A DNA stretch of 64,000 nt from Candidatus Bathyarchaeia archaeon (GCA_038870975.1 JAVZJD010000001.1:416001-480000), one strand, 5' to 3'; shown: positions 10,153 through 20,729, counted from the first letter of the stretch. Translations and numbers: made by a program. Notes: a model not told the origin generated them from the letters alone.

Positions 10153-12099
10153 TCAATCTTCAATTTTAAATGCATCTTCTGCACCTAGTACATCATATAC
10201 TTTGATTGTAAAATCGAAAAGCTTTCTCGCATTGTCAGCGTTTAATATGACGCCAGAACTATCAACTGGTCTTTTAATCCGCATCTTCCTAGGCGCTACG
10301 AGGGCGGCAACTTCAGGTATATCAGCGTAGAGTAGTATCCATGGTGGATATAGGCTTGGAGGCTGAGCTAGAGACTTCTCTATTCTATATGATGCTAAAA
10401 GCCTTTCGACTTCTAGTTCATCTATTCTACTGTCTAAAGCCGTTGCAAATAACGCTATTAACCCGGCGTCTGAGAAGCCATGGACTACAAGCTTCTTACG
10501 TAGGAACCCCCTAAATGCTAAATAATCTACAGTCCTTAAGACGTCGAACACCCTCATCCCAAGTATGTGTCTTCCTAAGACTAGACTATTCTTGGCTGCC
10601 ACACTTTCATCGTAATCGGTTTCCCCAACACCTCTGTAGTCGATTAAAACGGCAAGTCCCTTGTTTTCAACGACTTCTCTAACTCTTATATCGGCGAATA
10701 TCGAGGATTTACCTGAAGGTGTCAAGAAGATATGTGCTTCTTCAAACTCCCCCCTTCTTAAGAGGATAGTGGGGATCACTATATCCCATTCGCTTCTAAA
10801 GCTTGCATATTCCACTTCTATACCATCTATATATTCAACTCTATAGGTCCTAGCGTCTAAATCCGCCCTCCTTGGAAAACCTCCAAAGACATCATCAGTT
10901 ATGTGTTTCTTAAGCTCCTCTCTACGCTTGAGATATTCCTCTGGATTTAACTTTGCAAACCTGTTTAAAGAATCATACTTCGCATTATAAATTGAAAAGA
11001 TTGTTTCAGCTTTCTCTGGGATAATATTACAAAAGCATTTAAGCACGTTTGAATCAGGCGGCTCAACCACTATGACAGGTTCATGATAGTCTCTTTCAAC
11101 TCCCATAAGCCACCTATCAAACCAGCGATATACAATTTCTCTCATATCCTTATTATATCCGTGTGGTGCATAACTCTCATACATCGCTATTTTATCTTCA
11201 CAACCCATAAGACCGTATATGCTTTTTACGCGTGAGAAGGCTTTTCTCGCCGATGTTATTGGGAAAGTATCATCCAATACGCCGCTAACGATCAGTAGTG
11301 GACGTGGAGCTATACATGCCAATATATCGGGTATATTAGCAAATTTAAGCATACCAGGAATGCACTCGCAGAAGCATCTACCGGATGCAACTTGGTCTTC
11401 AAAAACCTCAGCTGAACATACTGGAGCTGCGACTTTAACTCTTTCATCTAACGCAGCTAGATACATTGTTTGATTTCCGCCTCCAGAGGCGCCAGTTACA
11501 CCTATGCGTTCTGGATCAACCTCCCTTCTAGATTGGAGATAGTCTATGGCACACATATTGTCGAAGACTTCAATGGCCTGTAGGGTTAAACCTACAGTGG
11601 GGAGTATGTAGCCTTCCCAATGGCCTTGATACCTTCTTTCACCATAACCTACTTTATCAATAGCCAGAGCTACATAACCTCTTAAGGCGAAGCCTATGCA
11701 ACTAGCCTGTATAGCATCTTGATGTTTAGCGTGAGGCCAGTGGCCATGTACTCTGAGAACGGCTGGTACTGGTTTTTCAAGCTTTGAAGGTATATATAGG
11801 TTGGCTGAAACGTAGAAACCCGGTATCGTCTCAAGAATAATCTTTTCTAAGACGTAGCCTTTCTTCTCAACTCTACCGACTAGATTAGCCTTAACGCTTC
11901 TCTCCGGTAGATTATCAACTCCCATAGCTTTCCTTAACATCGTCAAAATTCTGCTCCTCATTTCAAGCCAACTCGAATAATCGCTAGGTTTACACCTACT
12001 TCTTTCAAGTTCGTCACAAAGTCTTGCAAAATGTTCTCTAAGCATAGAACCATATCCATTGTAGAAAACGTTTAGATCACCCCATACATCTCTACTCAT
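10153..12099 (-). CDS. Two-domain alpha/beta hydrolase (acetylxylan esterase / dienelactone hydrolase-like)
   Basis: HGH, GASGGG elbow, IAPRPLL. The second repeat domain has DYRGVGE and VAPR but a degenerate elbow (HGFSDAG). Likely start ATG 12099. Confidence 0.8.
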   Translation of the reverse strand: MSRDVWGDLNVFYNGYGSMLREHFARLCDELERSRCKPSDYSSWLEMRSRILTMLRKAMGVDNLPERSVKANLVGRVEKKGYVLEKIILETIPGFYVSANLYIPSKLEKPVPAVLRVHGHWPHAKHQDAIQASCIGFALRGYVALAIDKVGYGERRYQGHWEGYILPTVGLTLQAIEVFDNMCAIDYLQSRREVDPERIGVTGASGGGNQTMYLAALDERVKVAAPVCSAEVFEDQVASGRCFCECIPGMLKFANIPDILACIAPRPLLIVSGVLDDTFPITSARKAFSRVKSIYGLMGCEDKIAMYESYAPHGYNKDMREIVYRWFDRWLMGVERDYHEPVIVVEPPDSNVLKCFCNIIPEKAETIFSIYNAKYDSLNRFAKLNPEEYLKRREELKKHITDDVFGGFPRRADLDARTYRVEYIDGIEVEYASFRSEWDIVIPTILLRRGEFEEAHIFLTPSGKSSIFADIRVREVVENKGLAVLIDYRGVGETDYDESVAAKNSLVLGRHILGMRVFDVLRTVDYLAFRGFLRKKLVVHGFSDAGLIALFATALDSRIDELEVERLLASYRIEKSLAQPPSLYPPWILLYADIPEVAALVAPRKMRIKRPVDSSGVILNADNARKLFDFTIKVYDVLGAEDAFKIED

Positions 12100-12181
12100 A
12101 CTCACGCCCCCTACTTTAACCAATTCTCTTAAAATACTTATATAATACTTGGTTTTTTAAGAGAAATTTGAGGCGAGGGAG

Positions 12182-14185
12182 ATGTCTGAGGGAAGCCAAG
12201 AGCGAATGCCATGGGCTCTCGTGATAGTTCTAACGGTTTTACTAGGCTCTATTGGAACGCTTTGGATTTCTACTCTTCCAGGAAGCCTTATCTCGGCATA
12301 CGACCTTGGGATAGTCGTCTGCGGCATGGAGTTAACATCAGCCCCCTTCATATTGGTGCTGATTACTGGCTTAGGTAGATTCTTTAAAGGGTTTAGAGCG
12401 AAAATAAACTCTACTGTTCTAACCTACGTATATACTGTAGCGATAGTAAGTTCTTACTTCATTTCAACCCACTGGCCGTGGAATATACCTATGCGCTTCT
12501 GGCTAGATAGATTTATGTATCCTGAAGATTCACAGGCCTTCGTACCATCATTTATGGCTCCCCCGGCTGAAATAACAAGACAATTGACTTTTGGAAAAGT
12601 ACCATTTCCAATGGTCGAGTGGCTTCCATCACTACTCTACTGGTGGCTTTGTCAAGTGTTATTCGGTTTATTTATGTTATCCATCGCCAATATATTACGT
12701 AGGCGATATATAGACATTGAAAAAGTGCCGTTTCCACACGCTATGGCTACCTATGAGTCAATAAGACACGTTTCCACGGATATTAAAGTTCCCGAGAAAA
12801 TTGTCAAATTTTTCCTGATAGGTTTGATCGTCGGCATTGGTCTTCAACTGCCTATATATTTGCAGGCTGCCTTTCCGTGGTTTCCAGACATATTCTCCTG
12901 GCGTGTTAACACATGCCCATCTGGTCAACAGTACGTGGGTTGGGGTGAAACAATACTTGGCTTGGTCTCTTTAACGGCTTGGAATAAACAACCTTTAGCA
13001 TACGCCATAGCTTACATGATGCCACTATCAGTTTTATTTAACGGCTGGTTCTGGTACGTCGTCCTCCTACTATTAACACAGGTAGCATATACCGCTGGAT
13101 ATTACACGGGTATACAAAACATAGGTGGATGCGGTAGGGCATGGTGTCATCCATCGCCGTTAAACGACCCACCTTTTAAATTCCACGTAATGACTTTTGT
13201 TGGGGGAAACCTTGGAATAGCAGTCTTGTATCTCTACCTAAGCAGAGACTATATAGTTGAAACGTTAAGAGCAGCGTTCAGTTCGAGAAGTAGCTCCTTT
13301 AAAGGTGTTGAAGCCACTGAGCCAACATCATACAAAACATCGTGGCTGATGCTCCTAGTGTCCTTGATACTCTGCATAGTATTCCTGCTGGTAACGGGGT
13401 TGAGTTTGACATCATCTCTAATATTCATGTTTACGATATTCATATTTTGGATCGCTTTTTCCAGAGTTTTCGGTCTAGCTGGACTACATACTAGAAGCGA
13501 TAGCTACGGTATGATCTTCTGGAAACCCATATGGCCTGTGGTTCCTGAAACTAGGACGAAGGATTTTGTCCTCTCAGTATGCTTAGTGAGGACGATGGGT
13601 ATTGATACACCATCATACGGATGGGGTGGAACACTTTTCGGAGCCTTCTGTAGTTATAGAGTTGCCAGTTTAACGGGTGTAAGTAGTAAGAATATATTCA
13701 AGACGTTGATTGTTACGATAGTATTGCTACCAATCGTGACACTTTCTACAGTGCTAACCATGAGTTATACGGTTGGCCTTAGCAGGTTTACTACGTACAA
13801 CTGGGGTTACGGTGATGGAATAATTCACCATCTAGCGAGCGAGTGGTATTACAATGAACAGCCTGCCGCCGGGTCGATGTTTGAATATATTCTAGTAGGA
13901 TTTATAATAGCAGGAGTTCTTTCAGCGCTTCACGCAAGGTTTATATGGTTCCCGTTTGAACCTATTGGATGGATTGTAGGCTGGAGCTATCTATCGATTC
14001 TATGGGGATTCTGGCTTCCATTCTTAGTAGCTTGGGTTCTAAAGTTCATAACCCTGAGGATAGGCGGAAGCAAGGGATATGAAGAAGTCGGTCTACCATT
14101 CTTCGGTGGAGTTGCCGCTGGATGTATGTTAGCAATATTCATAGGGGGATTGATAAGCATTATAAGGTTTTTCGTGCCATTTTAA
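12182..14185 (+). CDS. Large polytopic membrane protein, OPT-like / DUF6785-DUF6784-type putative transporter
   Basis: Many hydrophobic segments; RRRYIDIEKVPFP; C-terminal WFPFEPIG...LKFITLRIGG. Confidence 0.7.
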   Translation: MSEGSQERMPWALVIVLTVLLGSIGTLWISTLPGSLISAYDLGIVVCGMELTSAPFILVLITGLGRFFKGFRAKINSTVLTYVYTVAIVSSYFISTHWPWNIPMRFWLDRFMYPEDSQAFVPSFMAPPAEITRQLTFGKVPFPMVEWLPSLLYWWLCQVLFGLFMLSIANILRRRYIDIEKVPFPHAMATYESIRHVSTDIKVPEKIVKFFLIGLIVGIGLQLPIYLQAAFPWFPDIFSWRVNTCPSGQQYVGWGETILGLVSLTAWNKQPLAYAIAYMMPLSVLFNGWFWYVVLLLLTQVAYTAGYYTGIQNIGGCGRAWCHPSPLNDPPFKFHVMTFVGGNLGIAVLYLYLSRDYIVETLRAAFSSRSSSFKGVEATEPTSYKTSWLMLLVSLILCIVFLLVTGLSLTSSLIFMFTIFIFWIAFSRVFGLAGLHTRSDSYGMIFWKPIWPVVPETRTKDFVLSVCLVRTMGIDTPSYGWGGTLFGAFCSYRVASLTGVSSKNIFKTLIVTIVLLPIVTLSTVLTMSYTVGLSRFTTYNWGYGDGIIHHLASEWYYNEQPAAGSMFEYILVGFIIAGVLSALHARFIWFPFEPIGWIVGWSYLSILWGFWLPFLVAWVLKFITLRIGGSKGYEEVGLPFFGGVAAGCMLAIFIGGLISIIRFFVPF

Positions 14186-14241
14186 ATCCCCATATTTTTT
14201 ATAAGGTAAAAATGCGTTAAATAGATTCGGGATTTTACGCC

Positions 14242-15069
14242 ATGAATATTGGTAAGAGGTTAAGGTTTAGGAGGCTATTCACCCATGGGAGAAGCGTGAT
14301 AGTTGCAATAGACCACGGATCCTACTGGGGTTATATAACTGGGCTTGAGAATCCGAAACGTGTAGTTGAAAAATTGAGTGAAACCTGTGCTGATGCTATA
14401 GCTGCAACACCCTTTACGTTGGAGAGGGTGTGTAGTTCTATGGGAAATCTAGCGGCTGTAGCTAGAATTGATAGTAGCGTTACCGTGTACGATGATATGG
14501 AGAACGATATGCCGATTACAACCGTAGAGCATTTAGTAGCTATGGGGGCTGATGCTGCTATGACCATGTGCTATTTCGGAGGAGCAAGGTCATCCGAGCA
14601 GCAGAGGAAGCTAGGTATGCTTGCAACGGAATGTGAAAAACTCGGTCTTCCGCTGATAGTTGAAGCTCTTCCAGCTAAATTGATCGATTACCATTTCAGT
14701 CGGGAAAAAGCCCGTGGAAAAGCTTTAACAGATTTCATAGCCATCGAAGATCTACTCGTTGTAAGTAGAGTTAGCGCAGAACTTGGAGCGGATGCTATTA
14801 AAACATACTACCTGGGATCTGTAGAGGAGTATAAGAAGGTTGTTGAAAATGCTAATGTACCCATATTAGTTCTTGGAGGACCTAAAGTTAAAACCTTTGA
14901 AGAATACTTAGGACTTGTTAAAAACGCTATGGATGCTGGAGCTAAGGGAGTTGTAGTCGGTAGAAACGTATGGCAGAGGGAAGATATTAAAAGCACTATG
15001 AAGGCTATATGTGCAATAGTGCATGAAGATAAGGATGTTGAATATGCTCGAAGATTTCTAGTGTTGTAA
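14242..15069 (+). CDS. DhnA/LsrF-type class I aldolase
   Basis: AIDHG, ELGADAIKTYY (Schiff-base Lys), LGGPK, VGRNVWQ. Confidence 0.9.
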   Translation: MNIGKRLRFRRLFTHGRSVIVAIDHGSYWGYITGLENPKRVVEKLSETCADAIAATPFTLERVCSSMGNLAAVARIDSSVTVYDDMENDMPITTVEHLVAMGADAAMTMCYFGGARSSEQQRKLGMLATECEKLGLPLIVEALPAKLIDYHFSREKARGKALTDFIAIEDLLVVSRVSAELGADAIKTYYLGSVEEYKKVVENANVPILVLGGPKVKTFEEYLGLVKNAMDAGAKGVVVGRNVWQREDIKSTMKAICAIVHEDKDVEYARRFLVL

Positions 15070-15093
15070 TAGTCATCCCACTTCTTTTACATT

Positions 15094-15807
15094 CTACTCA
15101 AAAATCATAGCTAAAGCCCTACATGGACCGCCGTCGGCATCTTTAAAAGCTACTGGTGCATAGATAAAGTAAGCCCTTCGGTGTTTCCTGCCATCAAGGA
15201 CTAAGTCGAGATTTCTTAGGGACTCTATTAGGATTATACCTGCACCGAGTAGAATACGATGAGTTCTGGCCGGCGACCCCTTAGCTGTGACTGGCCCATG
15301 TCCAGGCAACTGTCCATCCCAGCCACCAACGCTTAATGTATCAACCCCAAGGGCTTTTATCTTTTTCTCGACCAAGTACTCAGCAGTTTCTTCGATTACA
15401 TACGGCCATTCGAAAAGGTACTCTGGGTTAAACCCAAACTTCTTATCCCAGCCAGTGTAGAGCATTAAGACATCTCCAGGCTTAATTTCATTCTCATAGA
15501 CTTTAAGATCATCAATAGTGATGGCTTCTCTAGGCTTTTTATACGAAAGGTCCACCGTTAAGCCTTCGCCAACGAAATTATCTATTGGCAATTGATCGAC
15601 AGACTTCCCATCAACGATAAAGTGTAGCGGTACGTCGACGTGCGTACCACTGTGCGTAGTCATCTGTCGAATTATATGCATAGTACTTCCATCGCGTGGA
15701 ACATTGCTCAACATTTCATACAGGAGATTCGGTTGAGTGGGCCATAAAGGCATACAATTATACAACACTTGGCTTAAATCAACTATTTTAACTGGCCTCA
15801 TATACAC
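15094..15807 (-). CDS. Cyclase family metal hydrolase (kynurenine formamidase-like)
   Basis: HSGTHVDVPLH, LGVDTLS, IIES, DGGPCRA. Confidence 0.92.
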   Translation of the reverse strand: MYMRPVKIVDLSQVLYNCMPLWPTQPNLLYEMLSNVPRDGSTMHIIRQMTTHSGTHVDVPLHFIVDGKSVDQLPIDNFVGEGLTVDLSYKKPREAITIDDLKVYENEIKPGDVLMLYTGWDKKFGFNPEYLFEWPYVIEETAEYLVEKKIKALGVDTLSVGGWDGQLPGHGPVTAKGSPARTHRILLGAGIILIESLRNLDLVLDGRKHRRAYFIYAPVAFKDADGGPCRALAMIFE

Positions 15808-15859
15808 CTCTTAAATAGTCTCAATCAAACCAAATTATACTTTTCCGCGGACAGATGAT

Positions 15860-16180
15860 TTAATAAGCTGAAGACAATAAGAACGGCTGAACTAACGACT
15901 GAGACATCCCATCTGGTCTTCCACCTTCATCATTAAAGATGCTCAAATCCATAAGTCCGAATTACGACTATGTTCTAGAGATAAACAATTGGCTTGTAAG
16001 AGTTTTAAAAACGCCTACCTTTTCGAGAAGGAATTCATCAAAAAGTATGGGAAGAAGCGCGTCTCCCTAGCGGAGGCCTGGATTGAAGGCCTCAACTACT
16101 CGCTACGTTCACTAATACTAAAGGCAGAAGAGCTACTACAGCTCATACGGAATATGAAATCTATGACACAAAGCATTTAG
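15860..16180 (+). pseudogene. Degraded gene fragment, copy 1 of a dispersed pair (homologous to 61610-61936)
   Basis: With two 1-nt frameshifts it reads ...SPSGLPP...INNWLVRV...KYGK...LAEAWIEG.NY...AEELLQLI. 26 nt at 15979-16004 are identical to 61731-61756. Confidence 0.75.
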
Positions 16181-16231
16181 AGGCTTAACATAGCAACTAC
16201 GTTAGCTTAGTAGAATAAGCGACTCTAATTT

Positions 16232-16900
16232 TCATGTAAGTCCACTTCTTGATAAAGCCTCAAGTAGATATTTCAAGTTCTCCACAATCATGTCAGGACG
16301 CGAATTCTCAAGTTTCTCTCTAGATGCAGCCCCTGTTAAAACGGCGACTGTGAATACACCAGCAGCTTTACCAGCTTCAACGTCGTAGATAGTATCACCT
16401 ACATATATCGCTTCGAAGGGCTTTACACCTAGCCTTTTAACCGCTTCTTCTATTATATCTGGATGTGGCTTTCCCCTCTTAACATCCTCAGCGCCTATTA
16501 CAACGTCTACGTAATTGAGTAATCCAGTTAAGTCCAAGACCCTAATTATAAGCTTCCTTGGGTTTGAAGAAGCCACAGCGGTCTTCAAATTCATCGCCTT
16601 GAATCCTTTGATGGCATCCGCAACTCCCATGATCGGTTTAACCAAGTTTAAACAACTCTCCATAAATATCTCATCTTTAAGCTCGGCAAATCGAATGAAA
16701 TCTCCAACTCTATTGTAAGGTAAGAAAGCCTTAGCCATATCGTAACTCGACTTGCCGAATTCGGATCTTATTTTGTCTTCTGAGATATACACGCCTAATA
16801 TCTCAGCCGCTTTAGACCAAGCTTTTAAATGTGCCTCTGAAGAATCTACGAGCGTGCCATCCATATCTAACACTACAGCCTTAAACTTCAAGGTCGACAT
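16232..16900 (-). CDS. HAD-superfamily phosphatase (beta-PGM/Gph-like)
   Basis: DMDGTLVDS, ASS, GKPHPD, VGDTIYDVEAG. Likely start near 16900. Confidence 0.92.
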   Translation of the reverse strand: MSTLKFKAVVLDMDGTLVDSSEAHLKAWSKAAEILGVYISEDKIRSEFGKSSYDMAKAFLPYNRVGDFIRFAELKDEIFMESCLNLVKPIMGVADAIKGFKAMNLKTAVASSNPRKLIIRVLDLTGLLNYVDVVIGAEDVKRGKPHPDIIEEAVKRLGVKPFEAIYVGDTIYDVEAGKAAGVFTVAVLTGAASREKLENSRPDMIVENLKYLLEALSRSGLT

Positions 16901-17177
16901 CCAAATCATATAGACAGTATAAATGCTGATATAAAAATCCATTGGAATCAATAATTTAAAAATACTTATGTGTAAATGTGAGATAAAACTGAAGTGAACT
17001 TAGACTTTAACATCACTTAGATGTATAATTTACTATAGACCTGAGATTGAAGTCAGAAGGATATTGATTTAAACCATGAGAGATGGATAAGGCTTAGAGA
17101 TAATTGTAATCGATGTAGCGTAGATTTTAGGGGGTAAATCTTTCTCAGAGAAAAAAGATTATATAGGCGTCTTCTGG

Positions 17178-17675
17178 ATGAAACTTTTCGATTTAGCTTT
17201 GATTCCAAAAAGATTCTTTGTGACGACTGGCAGAGGTTTAAGCAGAGTCTCGAAGCTTAATGCTTTCGATAGGGCTTTAATAGATGCAGGTATTGGGAAT
17301 TGTAACCTAGTGCCTGTAAGCTCTATCCTACCAAGTGGAGCCGAAGAATGTGAATTATGTGACATCCCAGCTGGTTCTATAGTTTTCGTCGTTATGGCTA
17401 GAATGGACGGATCAGAGGGTGAAACACTAGGTGCTGGCATAGCGTGGGCTTGGGAGGAAAACGGTAAGTTTGGCGTGGTTGTTGAAGCACACGACAACAT
17501 GGACCATGAGAAGCTTAAAATGACTTTAAACGATAGGCTTAATGAAATGGCTATTATGAGGAGTATTAAGCTTAAAAACATTAAGTATAGGGTTGAAAGT
17601 CTAAGCGTCCCCAAGGGTTTTTACGGCTCGGTTATAGCAGCTTTAGTTTTCCTTCCACAGAATATGGAATATTAG
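17178..17675 (+). CDS. pdaD: Pyruvoyl-dependent arginine decarboxylase
   Basis: NAFDRALIDAGIGNCNLVPVSSILP, containing the Ser-Ser self-cleavage site. Confidence 0.92.
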   Translation: MKLFDLALIPKRFFVTTGRGLSRVSKLNAFDRALIDAGIGNCNLVPVSSILPSGAEECELCDIPAGSIVFVVMARMDGSEGETLGAGIAWAWEENGKFGVVVEAHDNMDHEKLKMTLNDRLNEMAIMRSIKLKNIKYRVESLSVPKGFYGSVIAALVFLPQNMEY

Positions 17676-17733
17676 ACCTGGAAGCAGGAGTAAAACCTAT
17701 TTTACCCCTGTTATTTTGAAGGTTTAACGTTAA

Positions 17734-18816
17734 ATGAGTTTTATGTTTAAATGGAGAGTCTTAGCGTTTATACTTATAGCGGTATTGATTGTAGTTTTAA
17801 TGATGATCGTCATGCTTCTAAGAGACCCATTTATACTGCATCCTGAGCTTAGAAACGTTAAAAAGCCTACGTTAAAGCTGGATGAGCTCCCAAAGTACGT
17901 ATTGGCATTTTATTATCCATGGTATGGCACTCCTGAAGGGCCTACAGGTTTTTGGAGGCATTGGGATGAGGGGGGACATAATCCCGACGTATTTATCGAT
18001 TGTAGGAGAGATTTAGGTACGACAGATTACCCTGTTAATGGGCCTTACGATTCTAAAGACGAAGATGTTATAGCTTGGCATTTCAAACTTGCTGAAGAAG
18101 CATGTATAGATGGCTTCATAGTTAGCTGGTGGGGTTTTGAAACGTTTGAAGATGAGGTTTTCCGTTTGATGTTGAAAGTTGCTGAAGAAGTAAACACTTC
18201 TATAAAGCTATCCGTGTACTATGAAGTTATCCACGGAGGAAGAGATGAAGCCGTTAAAGATATTGAGCGGATTCTTAGAGACTACGGAGGTCAAAAGGCT
18301 TTCCTTAAAGTACAAGGGTATCCAGTCATCTTCATATATTCGAGAGCCCTACATCAGCTTGACTATAGGGATTGGGATTACGTGATCAGGAAGATACGCT
18401 ACGATGGTTTTAAAGTCCTACTAATAGCCGACGGCTTTGACGAACGCGTAGCTGAGATATTCGACGGGTTGCACACTTATAACCCGGTTGGAATACTGCA
18501 TGAGGGCAGAGACTTGAAGGGCGTCTACGCTAACGTTAAGAGAATAGCTGAAGATCATGGTGTCATATTCTCAGCTACAGTACTACCCGGTTATGATGAT
18601 ACACATATAAGAGAGCCTGGACTCACCTATCCTCGGAAAAATGGAGATACCTACAGAGAAGCTTGGAAGGCCGCTTATGAGTCTCGTGCAGACTGGGTGT
18701 TGATATGTTCGTGGAACGAGTGGCATGAGGGTAGTGAAATAGAGCCTAGCTTAGAGTATGGAAGCTTATACTTGAAAATTACGGCTGAAAATGCGGAGAG
18801 GTTTAAAGGCTCCTGA
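17734..18816 (+). CDS. Membrane-anchored GH99-like glycoside hydrolase (endo-alpha-mannosidase/mannanase family)
   Basis: N-terminal TM anchor; FYYPWYGTP, GPYDS, PGYDD, SWNEWHEGSEIEP (catalytic ExxE). Confidence 0.85.
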   Translation: MSFMFKWRVLAFILIAVLIVVLMMIVMLLRDPFILHPELRNVKKPTLKLDELPKYVLAFYYPWYGTPEGPTGFWRHWDEGGHNPDVFIDCRRDLGTTDYPVNGPYDSKDEDVIAWHFKLAEEACIDGFIVSWWGFETFEDEVFRLMLKVAEEVNTSIKLSVYYEVIHGGRDEAVKDIERILRDYGGQKAFLKVQGYPVIFIYSRALHQLDYRDWDYVIRKIRYDGFKVLLIADGFDERVAEIFDGLHTYNPVGILHEGRDLKGVYANVKRIAEDHGVIFSATVLPGYDDTHIREPGLTYPRKNGDTYREAWKAAYESRADWVLICSWNEWHEGSEIEPSLEYGSLYLKITAENAERFKGS

Positions 18817-18818
18817 AG

Positions 18819-19592
18819 CTAGCTTATGTATGTTATGCTCTCTCCCTTCATCCTCTCTATCGTCTTCTCAAGACTCTTCATCTCAGCTTCCACTTCTGAA
18901 ATAACTTCACCTATTTCTTTAAGAATATCCCTCTTAAGACCTTCCAATGGTATTTCCACGTTGAGAAGCCTACTTAAAACTTTAAGAACTTCACCAGTAG
19001 ATTTGGTATCTACCACATATCCAGACGTCTCTCCGAGGAGACATATACCTTTTAAATCGTAGAATTCAGCTAAACCGACGATTATCCCGGCTAATCCAAC
19101 TATCGGATTCCCCCATCCACCTACTTTAGCGCCTACGGTTTTAAGCTGTTCAAGTATTTCACGGTCTGTTGAAGCACCTATAACCATGGGAGTCGGGTTT
19201 TTAGAGAAACTCTGATAGCCTCCTAAGGCTATGACTACGTCAACACCCTTCTCTTTAACGTAGTTTAAAAGCTCGGAGACTATCACATAACCGCCTTCGA
19301 CACTCTGAGGCTGAGCATCACCAGTTAAAAGTATAAGGTCTCTACCTTTTTCATCCGGGTTGTCCCAGTAGTATATTTCAAGTCTTAGAAGTCTAACAAT
19401 ACCATTCTCATCAGACAGAACATGGTATGGGAAGTATGGTGAATATACTTCTGCGATTTTCTCAGCCCTCAAAACGTTAACCATGTGCATAACAGCTAGT
19501 TTGCCTATATAACCTAAACCTGGAAAACCAGCTATAAGCACTGGTTTTCTAGGCTTTATTTGTCTAAATTCTCTGATTTCAACGTTTTTCAA
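18819..19592 (-). CDS. PAC2 family proteasome assembly chaperone
   Basis: GFPGLGYIGKLA, TGDAQP, ALGG, CLLGET; conserved position after nop10. Confidence 0.92.
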   Translation of the reverse strand: MKNVEIREFRQIKPRKPVLIAGFPGLGYIGKLAVMHMVNVLRAEKIAEVYSPYFPYHVLSDENGIVRLLRLEIYYWDNPDEKGRDLILLTGDAQPQSVEGGYVIVSELLNYVKEKGVDVVIALGGYQSFSKNPTPMVIGASTDREILEQLKTVGAKVGGWGNPIVGLAGIIVGLAEFYDLKGICLLGETSGYVVDTKSTGEVLKVLSRLLNVEIPLEGLKRDILKEIGEVISEVEAEMKSLEKTIERMKGESITYIS

Positions 19593-19750
19593 GATGATCT
19601 CCTAGCCTTTATCCTGTAAACTTCAAACTTATTTTGAAGTGAAAATTTTGCAGGATGGGGGACTCTAACTTCTCCTCCACAGTATGGGCAGGCATCCTGC
19701 CTAAGAGTGTAAGAAGAACATTTTACACATTTCCTTAGAAGCCAAACCAT
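19589..19750 (-). CDS. nop10: H/ACA RNP protein Nop10 (53 aa, absent from ORF track)
   Basis: Manual translation [53 protein letters not shown]; canonical position between aIF2alpha and PAC2. Confidence 0.95.
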   Translation of the reverse strand: MVWLLRKCVKCSSYTLRQDACPYCGGEVRVPHPAKFSLQNKFEVYRIKARRSS

Positions 19751-20535
19751 TAATGCTCCTCCTTAAATGAAACGGTTCCGCCTCTACTTTTCATAGTTTT
19801 CTCTATCAACTCAAATGCTTCTCTAAGAGTGCTTTGTGCTTTCTTATAGTTTCCAGCTGAAATTTCAATTGCGTATCTAGGGGCTCCTATAGAATATGCT
19901 TCAACTGTAACTTCTTCATTGCTCAACCTCTCAGCTTTCATCAAAGCCTCTTTGATATCTTCTATTCCATCAGGCTTAAGAGTGGTTATTTCAACTGTTC
20001 CTCGGATTTTAACCGGTTTTTGTTTGATTTTTTCAGTAGCGACTTCGTAAAAGACTTGAGCTAAATCTTCAGGAATTCCAATAGTTGTCAGAATCTTCGG
20101 CCCTCTTGTGGAAAGTCTATGGAAAACCTCGTATAAATCTCCGAAATGCGCCTCAAGTCTTCTACCGTAGTTGGCGTAAAGTTCATCATATGTTTTGCCG
20201 ATCCTATCCGCTACAAGTTTAAGCATGCTCCTGCCCTTAACCCTTCTCTTCCAATAGTATAGCTCTTCTTCCTTCTCTTTCTCTGAAACCCTCCTAAGGG
20301 ATAGATCTATCAGATTTTTAGATGGGTTGACTCTAAGCACCCTTAAGACGAGCTTCATGTCTTCCTTTATATGTTCTCTGATGTTTCTAACCCAACTTGA
20401 AGATATTTCAGATACGTGTAAAAATCCTTTTTTACCGCCATACTCATCTAGCCTAACATATGCCCCATACTCGGTGATTGTTTCAACTGTGCCTATTACT
20501 AGTTCATTTAATCCAGGCCACTCTTCTTCACTCAA
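19750..20535 (-). CDS. eif2a: Translation initiation factor 2 alpha subunit
   Basis: S1 domain ([32 protein letters not shown]) and GAPRY. Confidence 0.97.
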   Translation of the reverse strand: MSEEEWPGLNELVIGTVETITEYGAYVRLDEYGGKKGFLHVSEISSSWVRNIREHIKEDMKLVLRVLRVNPSKNLIDLSLRRVSEKEKEEELYYWKRRVKGRSMLKLVADRIGKTYDELYANYGRRLEAHFGDLYEVFHRLSTRGPKILTTIGIPEDLAQVFYEVATEKIKQKPVKIRGTVEITTLKPDGIEDIKEALMKAERLSNEEVTVEAYSIGAPRYAIEISAGNYKKAQSTLREAFELIEKTMKSRGGTVSFKEEH

Positions 20536-20729
20536 CCTAGAACCTCCAATATTTCGCAGTTAAACTTACCCTTACCACCTGTGGGTTCAACTAAGACTTC
20601 GCCACATATGTGACATTTCACCTGCGTCCCAGGATGACTAAAGACAACTTGCTCATCACCACATGATGGACATTTAACTCTAATGAAGGCGCTTCTAGGC
20701 TGTGGAATGAGCTCTTTTTTCCTTTTCAA
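20532..20729 (-). CDS. rps27e: 30S ribosomal protein S27e
   Basis: [14 protein letters not shown]...CHICG...PTGGK. Confidence 0.97.
   Translation of the reverse strand: MKRKKELIPQPRSAFIRVKCPSCGDEQVVFSHPGTQVKCHICGEVLVEPTGGKGKFNCEILEVLG

Noticed and set aside
15979-16004. 26-nt exact repeat (also 61731-61756) as a CRISPR repeat or att site bounding a 46-kb element
   Set aside because: It lies within a longer protein-level homology, there is no array or integrase, and the interval contains core housekeeping genes.
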